Made by a program: the position numbers and the translations under genes. A DNA stretch of 64,000 bases, taken from contig CAYJIL010000001.1 of NCBI GenBank assembly GCA_964370235.1, positions 4,704-68,703 of the forward strand. Direction: 5' to 3'. Positions 10,237-18,726 of the stretch are shown piece after piece. This stretch comes from an uncultured Rikenellaceae bacterium. Lineage in GTDB: Bacteria; Bacteroidota; Bacteroidia; Bacteroidales; Rikenellaceae. Below the pieces are notes generated by a model. That model ran no database searches, had not been told where the DNA came from, and saw nothing but the letters and a program-made list of their open reading frames with translations. Position 1 is the first letter of the stretch. Each line of letters starts with the position of its first letter.

Positions 10237-10731
10237 CTACAATATATTACCTAGGATACCATTACCCAATTTAAGGTCTTTGATGAATCCTATATTTTTT
10301 AATTTATAATTCTTAATTTCTAGTCGTTTCTTAACCGTTGCACGCCCTACTACATAGCCATCAATATAAAAATTTTCTATATCGTTTTGTAGCGAACCTC
10401 CCAAAAAGTACTTCATGATAGCAGGCGATATGTTAGCATCAACAACTGCTTCGATGTGGTTGTCACCTCTTTTTACTAACACCTTGTCGTTGCTAGATAG
10501 TGTCAACATTGTTTTACCGCTAGGGTCTTTAACCTCTAACTCATACTCTAGTATGGTAACTCGGCGAGAGCTATTCTCAACATCGAGCGCAATCTCTATC
10601 TCGGTTTGTAGGTTCAACAAAGAGACTTTACCAATAGATACCTTGGGTGTACCCTTTACATCAAAGGACGAAAGTTTAATGCACGACGATAGCGCAAGCG
10701 ACATCAGTGCTAATATAAATATGTTTTTCAT
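10237..10731 (-). CDS. Hypothetical lipoprotein (possibly LEA_2/NDR1-like beta-sandwich)
   Basis: The ORF has a lipobox (LALSSC). I chose the ATG at 10731 rather than the GTG at 10737 because a TAnnTTTG box sits at 10737-10744. The gene ends 1 nt before the SPOR gene start. Confidence 0.6.
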   Translation of the reverse strand: MKNIFILALMSLALSSCIKLSSFDVKGTPKVSIGKVSLLNLQTEIEIALDVENSSRRVTILEYELEVKDPSGKTMLTLSSNDKVLVKRGDNHIEAVVDANISPAIMKYFLGGSLQNDIENFYIDGYVVGRATVKKRLEIKNYKLKNIGFIKDLKLGNGILGNIL

Positions 10732-10736
10732 GACCA

Positions 10737-10744
10737 CAAAAATA
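10737..10744 (-). promoter_or_regulatory. Candidate -7 box (TATTTTTG) for the lipoprotein-SPOR-rpoN run
   Basis: Reverse complement of CAAAAATA. Only 5 nt separate it from the ATG at 10731. Confidence 0.4.
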
Positions 10745-10796
10745 TATAAAATTGTCTAGAACTACAAGCTAGCGATCACATAGCCACACCTATAAG

Positions 10797-11816
10797 CTAA
10801 AAGAATTCGCTACGATAGTTATAATTCTCTCGCATTTGCTCAAAGAGATTAGGCCTCTGTTTTAACTGATTTGTGTCTGCTAATATATCATAGTAACTCT
10901 GCATATTTTCACACACATAACTCCATGATAGGTTATCGACCTGTGGCACTGCAACTACCCCTTGTGGATACCAATTATCTAAACCCGAAATACCCAGCCA
11001 AGTGGCAATTGAGCGCACTGCCATTGCGCTACCCATAGCCTTACCTTGCAACGAATAGCCTGCAATGTGTGGTGTTGCAATGGTAGCTAACTGCAAAAGC
11101 GTGTTATTTATTATGGGCTCACCATCCCACACATCTATTACAGAGTGTGAAATTTTACCGCTACTAATTGCTGCTACGAGTGCATCTTGCGATATAACTT
11201 CGCCCCGAGAACTGTTGATAATTACCACACCATCACGCATTTTATCAAAAGCAGCACCATCTACCATTGCATAGGTGGGGTGGGTACCTGTGCGAGTGAG
11301 TGGAGTGTGAAAAGATATAATATCGGATTGTTGAATTAGCTCCTCAAAGCTCACATATCCGCTCTTTGGTGCTAGTGGGTCACAACAAATGACCCCAAAG
11401 CCTAAACCCTTTGCAACCTTTGCCAACAAGCCACCCACGTTACCACAACCTACAATACCTAATTTTCGGCGGCGAATATCACCTCCCTCAATCGACTGAA
11501 TGTGTGCCAAAGCAGCCATTACATACTGCACCACACCGCCAGCATTGCAGCCAGCCGATGTTGCTACCGCTATGCCTTGCTGTTGGCAGTAGTCTAGGTC
11601 TATGTGGTCATAACCAATGGTTGCTGTTGCAATATATTTAACGCTAGTTGAATCGAGTAGTTGTTTGTTGCATTTAGTACGAGTGCGCACTATCATAGCT
11701 TGTGCATGACGCAAATCGTCTGCCCCAATTTGTGCACCAGGCAGCTTTACCAACTCCACCGAACTAGGGAAAACTCCATCTAAAAAAGGAATTTTATCGT
11801 CTACTACAATTTTCAT
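10797..11816 (-). CDS. pdxB: 4-phosphoerythronate dehydrogenase (D-2-hydroxyacid dehydrogenase family)
   Basis: 339-aa ORF with a PdxB-like N-terminus (MKIVVDDKIPF) and the NAD-binding loop GIVGCGNVG. Confidence 0.75.
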   Translation of the reverse strand: MKIVVDDKIPFLDGVFPSSVELVKLPGAQIGADDLRHAQAMIVRTRTKCNKQLLDSTSVKYIATATIGYDHIDLDYCQQQGIAVATSAGCNAGGVVQYVMAALAHIQSIEGGDIRRRKLGIVGCGNVGGLLAKVAKGLGFGVICCDPLAPKSGYVSFEELIQQSDIISFHTPLTRTGTHPTYAMVDGAAFDKMRDGVVIINSSRGEVISQDALVAAISSGKISHSVIDVWDGEPIINNTLLQLATIATPHIAGYSLQGKAMGSAMAVRSIATWLGISGLDNWYPQGVVAVPQVDNLSWSYVCENMQSYYDILADTNQLKQRPNLFEQMRENYNYRSEFF

Positions 11817-11836
11817 TTTGCTTGTCTGTTTTGCTA

Positions 11837-11844
11837 CAAAGATA
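11837..11844 (-). promoter_or_regulatory. Candidate -7 box (TATCTTTG) for pdxB
   Basis: Reverse complement of CAAAGATA. It lies 20 nt upstream of the ATG at 11816. Confidence 0.45.
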
Positions 11845-11904
11845 CCATAATCAGTACCATATTAAACTATTAATTCAATATTTTTTATTCTGTGACAAAA
11901 AACG

Positions 11905-11912
11905 TATATTTG
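11905..11912 (+). promoter_or_regulatory. Candidate -7 box (TATATTTG) for the EEP gene
   Basis: Matches TAnnTTTG. It lies 22 nt upstream of the ATG at 11935. Confidence 0.45.
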
Positions 11913-11934
11913 AAAAAATTAATTTCAAACTACC

Positions 11935-12801
11935 ATGAGAAAAGTATTAACAACCATTTCGGCTCTACTACTAGCCACTACTTTTGGACTTGCACAAGAT
12001 TTGCGTGTTATGTCACTTAATTTAAGATATGACAACCCAGGCGATGGTGAAAATCGTTGGGAGCTACGCAAAGACGCTATAATGAGTTGCATCGATAGCC
12101 ACAAGCTAGATTTGCTTGCTACACAAGAGGGTTTGGCACACCAAATCGAGTTTTTGGATGGCGAACTCGAAGGCTACACTCGCATAGGCGTTGCACGTGA
12201 AGATGGCAAAAAAGATGGCGAATATACAGCTGTATATTTTAAGAATAGCCGTTTTGAGCTCGTAGAAAGTAAATATAAGTGGCTGAGCGAAACTCCCGAC
12301 ACGCCATCGTTTGGCTGGGACGCTGCTTGCAAGCGACTAACTACATCTATTATACTCAAAGACAAGCTAAATGGCAAAAGGGTGCACCTTATCAACACAC
12401 ACTTCGACCATGCTGGCGAAGAGGCACGCCGCCAAAGCCCACAGTCAATTATCGAAAGAGTAAAAGAGGCGGGTAATGATGCCGTGATCTTTGCAGGCGA
12501 CCTAAATGCTACGCACGGGTCTGAGCCTATAAACATACTACTTGCCGATGATGATATTCTAGAGGATAGCTACCTTGAGGCAAACAAGCAAAAAGGCATT
12601 AACTACACATACCATGGTTTCAAGGGTGCCGAGCAGGGCAAAGCACTCAAAGCAAAGAACAGTGGCGATCAAATTATCGACTATATCATGTATAACGATG
12701 AGCTAGATGCAAAAAGCTCGAAGATTGTCTACAAAAACTACAAAGGCAGAGTTGTGTCAGATCATTATCCTGTATTTGCGGTGCTAGAGTATAACGACTA
12801 A
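11935..12801 (+). CDS. Secreted endonuclease/exonuclease/phosphatase (EEP) family phosphoesterase
   Basis: 288-aa ORF with a signal peptide. It has the EEP hallmarks LRVMSLNLRYDN, ATQEG, GDLNA and C-terminal SDHYPV. Confidence 0.8.
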   Translation: MRKVLTTISALLLATTFGLAQDLRVMSLNLRYDNPGDGENRWELRKDAIMSCIDSHKLDLLATQEGLAHQIEFLDGELEGYTRIGVAREDGKKDGEYTAVYFKNSRFELVESKYKWLSETPDTPSFGWDAACKRLTTSIILKDKLNGKRVHLINTHFDHAGEEARRQSPQSIIERVKEAGNDAVIFAGDLNATHGSEPINILLADDDILEDSYLEANKQKGINYTYHGFKGAEQGKALKAKNSGDQIIDYIMYNDELDAKSSKIVYKNYKGRVVSDHYPVFAVLEYND

Positions 12802-12855
12802 ACTCTGAATAGTAGCAATACAAAACATTACAACAATATATTTGTATGAAATAGC

Positions 12856-12890
12856 AAGGGTGTCTCGAATTAAACCGAGGCACCCTTCTT
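12856..12890 (+). terminator. Hairpin terminator after the EEP gene
   Basis: 12-bp stem AAGGGTGTCTCG / CGAGGCACCCTT with one G-U pair and an 8-nt loop. The trailing T tract is weak. Confidence 0.55.
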
Positions 12891-13006
12891 ACATATAATA
12901 AGGTAGATTCGCCCTCAAAAACAACAATCTATGTTACGAGAAAATTAAGATTTTATTAAGCCGTGTATTTTTTTCATCAATGTTACATAACCAAATTGTA
13001 ATTTAG

Positions 13007-13092
13007 TTTATCACATACTTACAAAACCCAAATCTTTAATTACAACACAAACTACACACAACCACAAAAAACAACCATATTAATTACAATAT
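13007..13092 (+). other. 86-nt G-free, A/C-rich tract upstream of the susC promoter
   Basis: By direct count there is no G between the G at 13006 and the G at 13093. Only 4 G occur in 13007-13160. Confidence 0.9.
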
Positions 13093-13161
13093 GCAACCAT
13101 AAATAAATATTACATCGAAATAACATACCAAATATGTAACACAATAGTAATAACCATAACT

Positions 13162-13169
13162 TAGTTTTG
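13162..13169 (+). promoter_or_regulatory. Candidate -7 box (TAGTTTTG) for susC
   Basis: Matches TAnnTTTG. It lies 39 nt upstream of the ATG at 13209. Confidence 0.4.
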
Positions 13170-13208
13170 TGCCATCGAAAGAACTTAAAAACATAAAACT
13201 ATAATTGT

Positions 13209-16200
13209 ATGAGAAAAAATTTTACTCATTTTTCATTAACACTACTTCTATCGCTACTCACAATGGTAGCACACGCAGCAGTGATTAATGGTAAGGTCAT
13301 CGACAAAAAGACCAAACAACCTATTATCGGTGTAACAGTCATCGAAAAAGGCACAGGCAACGGTGCAATCACTATGGAGGGTGGCGAATTTACAGTCAAC
13401 ACCTCTAGCGACAAAACAGTGCTCGAGTTTGCATTCCTAGGTTACGAGACACAAGACGTACCAGTAGAGGGCTCTACAACTATTATTGTAGAGATGCAAG
13501 AGGGTGGTATCCACCTTGACGATGTAGTGGTAATTGGTTATGGTACTTCTACTGTTAAAAGTAACGCTGGTTCTATTGCATCGGTAAAGTCTGATGATCT
13601 AAACGACTATCCATCTGCAAGTTTTGCATCGGCACTTTCGGGCCAAGCAACGGGTGTTCAAATTATTCAACCAAATGGTGCTCCGGGAACACAAGCCGAG
13701 ATTCGTGTGCGTGGTATCGGAACACTTACAGCAGGTGGTAACCCACTTATCGTTGTTGATGGTTTCCCACTAACCGAAGGTACAGACATTAACTCTATTA
13801 ACCCTAACGCTATTGAGTCTATCGAGATTCTAAAAGATGCTGCATCAACTGCAATCTATGGTTCGCGTGGTGCTAATGGTATCATCATGATTAAGACTAA
13901 GCAAGGCAAGAGCGGCAAACCACAAGTTGCAATTACAGCATCGTTTGGTATGCAACAACGTCAAGACGATGTTGAGCTAGTAGATGCTTATGACTTTGCA
14001 CAGTTCCAAAAAGAGGCTAGAAACACAGGTTATGTAAACATAGACCCAGTAAACCGTAGCGAAAACGACAGCAACGAAGTGCGTGTAGCAAACGGTGCTT
14101 CAAAGCGTCAACTTTTGCCAGACTACATCATGCCATACCTAGCGGGTGAGCAAGGTCTAACAAACACAGACTGGTATGACGAGATATTCCGCCTTGCCGC
14201 TATTCAAGATTATAATCTTTCTATCACAGGTGGTAGCGATCACTCTTCATATAGTATTACTGGTGGTTACCTTTCACAAGAGGGTATTCTAATAGGTTCT
14301 GATTACGAGAAGATCTCTTCAAATATCAACCTGCAACTTCGCCCAACAGATAATATTACGTTTGGTGCATCACTATCTCCATCTTACACTACAAAAAACT
14401 TTACTCAAGAGAGCGGTACTTGGGGTGGTAGACTTCACGCTATGGCTTCGATCAGCTATCCGTTCTTTAACGTATATAACGAGGATGGCAGCTATGCTAT
14501 CTCTGAGCAGATTAACGCAAATGCAGAAGCAGATGGTGCACTAGGTGAGAACCCTGTAGCGTGGGCTAATATGCTTACAAACACTCTTAACACAGCTCGT
14601 ATGTTTGGTAACGCTTATGCAGAGATAGATTTCTTTGACGCCGTTAAGTACAAGATTAATGTTGGTGCCGATTACGAGAGCGAGACTTACGACTTCTTTA
14701 AACCATCTACTATTGGCCAGTATCGTGACCCTGCTCCATCTCCAGCAGATGCAGAAAGAGAGCTTGGCAACACAATGAACTACATTATCGAGAATACTCT
14801 TACATTCAAAAAAGACTTTGGTAGCCATGGTCTACAATTCCTACTTGGTCAGTCGTTCCAAAAAGAGGAGTACAATTCGCTAGGTGTCGAGGCATCGGGT
14901 TTTGTTGATAACTCTATCGAGAATGTAGCGGGAGGTAGCTCATTTGGTGTTAACCCGGGACAATATGCATGGAGCATGATGTCATACTTCTCTCGTGTTA
15001 ACTACAACTTCGACAACAAATATATGCTTAACGCATCGGTACGTTGGGATGGCTCGTCTCGCTTTGGCGAGGATAGCAAATGGGGTCTTTTCCCTGCTGT
15101 TTCGGGTGCATGGTTAGTATCTAACGAAAACTTCCTACAAAACAGCGATGTTATCGATTTTGCAAAACTACGTCTAAGCTGGGGTAAATCGGGTAACAAC
15201 CAAATCACAAACTATGGCGCTCTAGCAGTAATGGGTGGTAGCGACTATATCTTTGGTGGGACACTTGCTCCGGGTACAGTAATCTCTACTGCTCCTAACA
15301 CTAACCTTTCTTGGGAGATGACAAGCACAATAAACGCGGGTATCGACCTTACGCTTATGAAATACCTTGGTGTTAGCGCAGATTTCTACGTTGCAACAAC
15401 GAACGATCTTCTACTAAGTGTACCAGTTCCACAGCAAAGTGGTTACGAAACATCACTTCAAAACATTGGTTCTGTAAGAAACACTGGTCTTGAGGTAAGA
15501 CTATACACTGCACAAGATCTTAAGTTTGGCGATCTATACTGGAACTCGAGCCTCAACTTCACAACAAACAAAGACGAAGTTCTTGCTCTAGCTGATGGTC
15601 AAACACAAATTATTGTTGGCGATAACATTACAGAGGTAGGTGGTAGAATTGGTGCTCTATATGGTTACGATGTAATTGGTCTTTACAAATCACAAGCCGA
15701 TTTCGACAAATATCCATCTATGGCAGGTACTCAGATTGGTGACTACATCATCAAAGACCTAAATGGCGATGGTAAAATTACAACAGACGACAAAAAGAGC
15801 TATGGTTCACCTGCACCAAAGGTTATCTTAGGTTTCAACAACAAGCTAAGATATAAGGCATGGGAGCTAACATTCGACATTTACGCCGAACTTGGCAAAC
15901 AAAAGAATAGCGGTACTCTTCAGTCGCTAGAGTGTGGCGAGGGCTTTATGATGGTTACACAGGATTATTTCGACAACAGATACCACCCTATTAACAACCC
16001 TAACGGTACGCACGCTACACCTAACATGGGTAACTACTCTAACACTAGAAAGCAGGCTGCGGCATCTAACGTATTCTTTGTTGACGCATCATACGCATCG
16101 CTAAGAAACCTTAAGCTATCGTATGACCTACCAACATCGTTCCTTAACAAAATAGGTATTGGCAGAGCACAGGTATACGCACTTGCAAATAACCTTATCG

Positions 16201-16328
16201 TTCTTACTCCATACCGTGGTTTCAATGTTGAGGCAGAGAGCAACTCTAGCATACTTGAGCAAGGCGAAGAGAAATATGCTTATCCTATGTCTAGCACAAT
16301 CTCACTGGGTGTAAATGTTAATTTCTAA
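13209..16328 (+). CDS. SusC/RagA-family TonB-dependent outer-membrane transporter
   Basis: 1039-aa ORF with a signal peptide and a carboxypeptidase-regulatory-like domain (INGKVIDKKTKQPIIGVTV). It has the TonB box/plug (DDVVVIGYGT; IESIEILKDAASTAIYGSRGANGII) and a C-terminal Phe. There is no STN/anti-sigma N-terminal extension. Confidence 0.93.
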   Translation: MRKNFTHFSLTLLLSLLTMVAHAAVINGKVIDKKTKQPIIGVTVIEKGTGNGAITMEGGEFTVNTSSDKTVLEFAFLGYETQDVPVEGSTTIIVEMQEGGIHLDDVVVIGYGTSTVKSNAGSIASVKSDDLNDYPSASFASALSGQATGVQIIQPNGAPGTQAEIRVRGIGTLTAGGNPLIVVDGFPLTEGTDINSINPNAIESIEILKDAASTAIYGSRGANGIIMIKTKQGKSGKPQVAITASFGMQQRQDDVELVDAYDFAQFQKEARNTGYVNIDPVNRSENDSNEVRVANGASKRQLLPDYIMPYLAGEQGLTNTDWYDEIFRLAAIQDYNLSITGGSDHSSYSITGGYLSQEGILIGSDYEKISSNINLQLRPTDNITFGASLSPSYTTKNFTQESGTWGGRLHAMASISYPFFNVYNEDGSYAISEQINANAEADGALGENPVAWANMLTNTLNTARMFGNAYAEIDFFDAVKYKINVGADYESETYDFFKPSTIGQYRDPAPSPADAERELGNTMNYIIENTLTFKKDFGSHGLQFLLGQSFQKEEYNSLGVEASGFVDNSIENVAGGSSFGVNPGQYAWSMMSYFSRVNYNFDNKYMLNASVRWDGSSRFGEDSKWGLFPAVSGAWLVSNENFLQNSDVIDFAKLRLSWGKSGNNQITNYGALAVMGGSDYIFGGTLAPGTVISTAPNTNLSWEMTSTINAGIDLTLMKYLGVSADFYVATTNDLLLSVPVPQQSGYETSLQNIGSVRNTGLEVRLYTAQDLKFGDLYWNSSLNFTTNKDEVLALADGQTQIIVGDNITEVGGRIGALYGYDVIGLYKSQADFDKYPSMAGTQIGDYIIKDLNGDGKITTDDKKSYGSPAPKVILGFNNKLRYKAWELTFDIYAELGKQKNSGTLQSLECGEGFMMVTQDYFDNRYHPINNPNGTHATPNMGNYSNTRKQAAASNVFFVDASYASLRNLKLSYDLPTSFLNKIGIGRAQVYALANNLIVLTPYRGFNVEAESNSSILEQGEEKYAYPMSSTISLGVNVNF

Positions 16329-16341
16329 ATTATTTTCAAAG

Positions 16342-17751
16342 ATGTTTAAATCAAAGTTTTTATATATAGCAATGGCTTCAATGGTTCTAGCGTCGAGCTG
16401 CTCGACAGATAATCTGAACCTAAGCCCCGAAATGGAGAATGTTTCTAGCAACTTTTTCCTAAACGAAGAGCAGTTAAATCTAGCGGTAAGTGCTGCATAT
16501 AGCACTCTTCAGTATACAGGTCAGTACCAAATTGCAAACCTAGTGCTAGGTGAGCTTCCGTCAGATAATACTTGGGACGAAGTTCCTGCAAACGATGGTG
16601 GTAACGCAGGTCAAGTCGATCTTTTTAACATGACATCATCAAATACGATAGTTGCAGACTCTTGGGCAGACAACTTCAAAGGTATTCAGCAGTGTAACAT
16701 AGTTATCACAAGAGCTGCTACAATGGAGGGTATTAGCGAAGAGAAAAGAGCACTTGTAACAAACGAGATGAAGTTTTTGCGTGGTCTTATGTACTTTAAC
16801 CTAGTTAGAATCTTTGGTGATGTACAGCTTGTACTAGAAGAGACAACCGACCCTAACGCTTACTTTGGTCAAGAAAGAACACCAAAGGCAGACGTATATG
16901 CACAAATCGTAAAAGACCTTACAGATGCAACGGCACTTCCTGCCGAGGCTAGCGAGGTTGGTCGTGCTACAAAATATGCTGCACATGGTGTACTTGCAAG
17001 AGTATATCTTACGCTAAAAGATTACAACAATGCTCTTACAAACCTTAACGCTATTGAGGCATCGGGCAAATATAAGCTACTTAGCGATGTTAACATGATC
17101 TTTGACATAGAGAACGAGAACAACGAGGAGATTATCTTTGATGTACAGTTTCAGTCGGGCCTAAATGGTAACTCAGAAGGTAGCGATGCCTATCGTTACT
17201 TCTCTCCATCATCGGTGAGTGGTGGCAAGGGACACAGTCTTCCAACGAGCGATGTGTACAGCCTATTTGAGGATACTGATGCTAGAAAAAGTGCTTACTT
17301 TATTGAGATGGGGGTTAACCTAGCAACTAACAAAATCAAAGAACCAACTACAGTAGTTGAGGATGGCGGTAGCAATACAGTGGTAGTTCGCTATGCAGAT
17401 GTTCTTTTGATGATTGCTGAGTGTTCGGCACAAAATGGTGATATGGCTAAAGGTAACGCTATGTTAGAGATGGTGCGTGTGCGTGCTAACGCCTCACACA
17501 CAGACCTTACAAGCAAAGAAGATTTGCTTGATGCTATTGCAACAGAGCGACGCAAAGAGCTAGTGAGCGAGGGACACCGCTGGTTTGACCTTATTAGAAC
17601 AGATAAGGCACTAGATGTAATGAACGCATACTTTGGCAGAACGCTTGGTTATACTGGCGTGGTAGCAACCAGCAATAATTTGGTTCAGCCAATTCCACTT
17701 TCACAAATAGACACAGACGCTAGCACGGTTCAAAACCCGGGTTATAACTAG
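16342..17751 (+). CDS. SusD/RagB-family nutrient-binding lipoprotein
   Basis: The start is trimmed to MFKSKF, 13 nt after the susC stop. It has a lipobox (LASSCS) and a SusD-like C-terminal block (RRKELVSEGHRWFDLIR). Confidence 0.9.
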   Translation: MFKSKFLYIAMASMVLASSCSTDNLNLSPEMENVSSNFFLNEEQLNLAVSAAYSTLQYTGQYQIANLVLGELPSDNTWDEVPANDGGNAGQVDLFNMTSSNTIVADSWADNFKGIQQCNIVITRAATMEGISEEKRALVTNEMKFLRGLMYFNLVRIFGDVQLVLEETTDPNAYFGQERTPKADVYAQIVKDLTDATALPAEASEVGRATKYAAHGVLARVYLTLKDYNNALTNLNAIEASGKYKLLSDVNMIFDIENENNEEIIFDVQFQSGLNGNSEGSDAYRYFSPSSVSGGKGHSLPTSDVYSLFEDTDARKSAYFIEMGVNLATNKIKEPTTVVEDGGSNTVVVRYADVLLMIAECSAQNGDMAKGNAMLEMVRVRANASHTDLTSKEDLLDAIATERRKELVSEGHRWFDLIRTDKALDVMNAYFGRTLGYTGVVATSNNLVQPIPLSQIDTDASTVQNPGYN

Positions 17752-17768
17752 AATTAAACATAGTTAAA

Positions 17769-17806
17769 AAATTAGAGGTTGATATACTTTTGTCAACCTC
17801 TAATTT
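17769..17806 (+). terminator. Intercistronic hairpin between susD and the first GDPD gene (attenuator or mRNA-stabilising stem)
   Basis: Stem of about 14 bp, AAATTAGAGGTTGA / TCAACCTCTAATTT, with a 10-nt loop. It is not followed by a clean T-run. Confidence 0.45.
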
Positions 17807-17829
17807 AAGTTTTATAATATATTACAATT

Positions 17830-18726
17830 ATGAAAAAGATATACTCTACAATTAAGCTATCATTCGCACTACTTGCAACTGTTAGCATTTGCAGCAAGGC
17901 TACGGCACAAACTACATTCCAAAAAGATAAAGTTGCAGTCATAATGCACCGAGGCGACTGGAGAAATACTCCCGAAAACTCTATTCAAGCCATAACAAAC
18001 TCTATTGAAATGGGTGCCGATATGGTTGAAATAGATTTAAAAATATCGAAAGATAGTGTGCTAATACTTATGCACGATAAGACACTAGACAGAACCACTA
18101 ATGCCACGGGTCGCCCCGAAGATTACACCTTAGCAGAGCTAAAAGAGATGCGCCTAACAAATGGTATTGGTCGCAATACCGAACACCAAATACCTACGCT
18201 AGAAGAGGCTATGATAGCTGCAAAAGGTAAAATTTGGATTAACCTAGACAAAGCATACGACTACTTTGATTTGGTAAAAGAGGTGCTAGAAGAGACAGGC
18301 ACAGCCAATCAGGTTATGATTAAGTCGTCGCATCCATTTTCGGTGGTTAAGCGTGACAATAGCGAAATAATTGACAATCTGTTTTATATGCCTATCGTTA
18401 ACGCAAACGACAAAGATGCAAAAAAATTCATTAAAGAGTATGTTAAAGGCATGCAACCAAAAGTGTTTGAAGTATGCTTTGCCGAATACAATAGCAATGT
18501 AGACGAGATTATAGAGTTAATCAAAAACTCGGGTAGCGAGGTATGGATAAACACGCTTTGGGCATCGCTATGCGGTGGCATGGATGATGATCGTGCCGTA
18601 GAGAAGAATCAAGAAGATGAGACTTGGGGCAAGGTTATCGACATGGGGGCAACATTCATTCAAACCGACAGACCAGTAGAACTTATTGAGTACCTAAAAG
18701 AGAAGAATAAATTTACAGTGAAGTAA
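17830..18726 (+). CDS. Secreted glycerophosphodiester phosphodiesterase family protein (paralog 1)
   Basis: 298-aa ORF with a signal peptide and the GDPD motifs HRGDWRNTPENS, VEIDL and LMHDKTLDRTT. Confidence 0.85.
   Translation: MKKIYSTIKLSFALLATVSICSKATAQTTFQKDKVAVIMHRGDWRNTPENSIQAITNSIEMGADMVEIDLKISKDSVLILMHDKTLDRTTNATGRPEDYTLAELKEMRLTNGIGRNTEHQIPTLEEAMIAAKGKIWINLDKAYDYFDLVKEVLEETGTANQVMIKSSHPFSVVKRDNSEIIDNLFYMPIVNANDKDAKKFIKEYVKGMQPKVFEVCFAEYNSNVDEIIELIKNSGSEVWINTLWASLCGGMDDDRAVEKNQEDETWGKVIDMGATFIQTDRPVELIEYLKEKNKFTVK

Noticed and set aside
12980-13141. Inverted 8-mers TGTTACAT (about 12982) and ATGTAACA (about 13134) flanking the G-free tract, and a possible Pho-box-like direct repeat
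   Set aside because: An 8-nt match at 150-nt distance in AT-rich DNA is compatible with chance. I could not find an 11-bp-periodic direct repeat convincing enough to call a Pho box.
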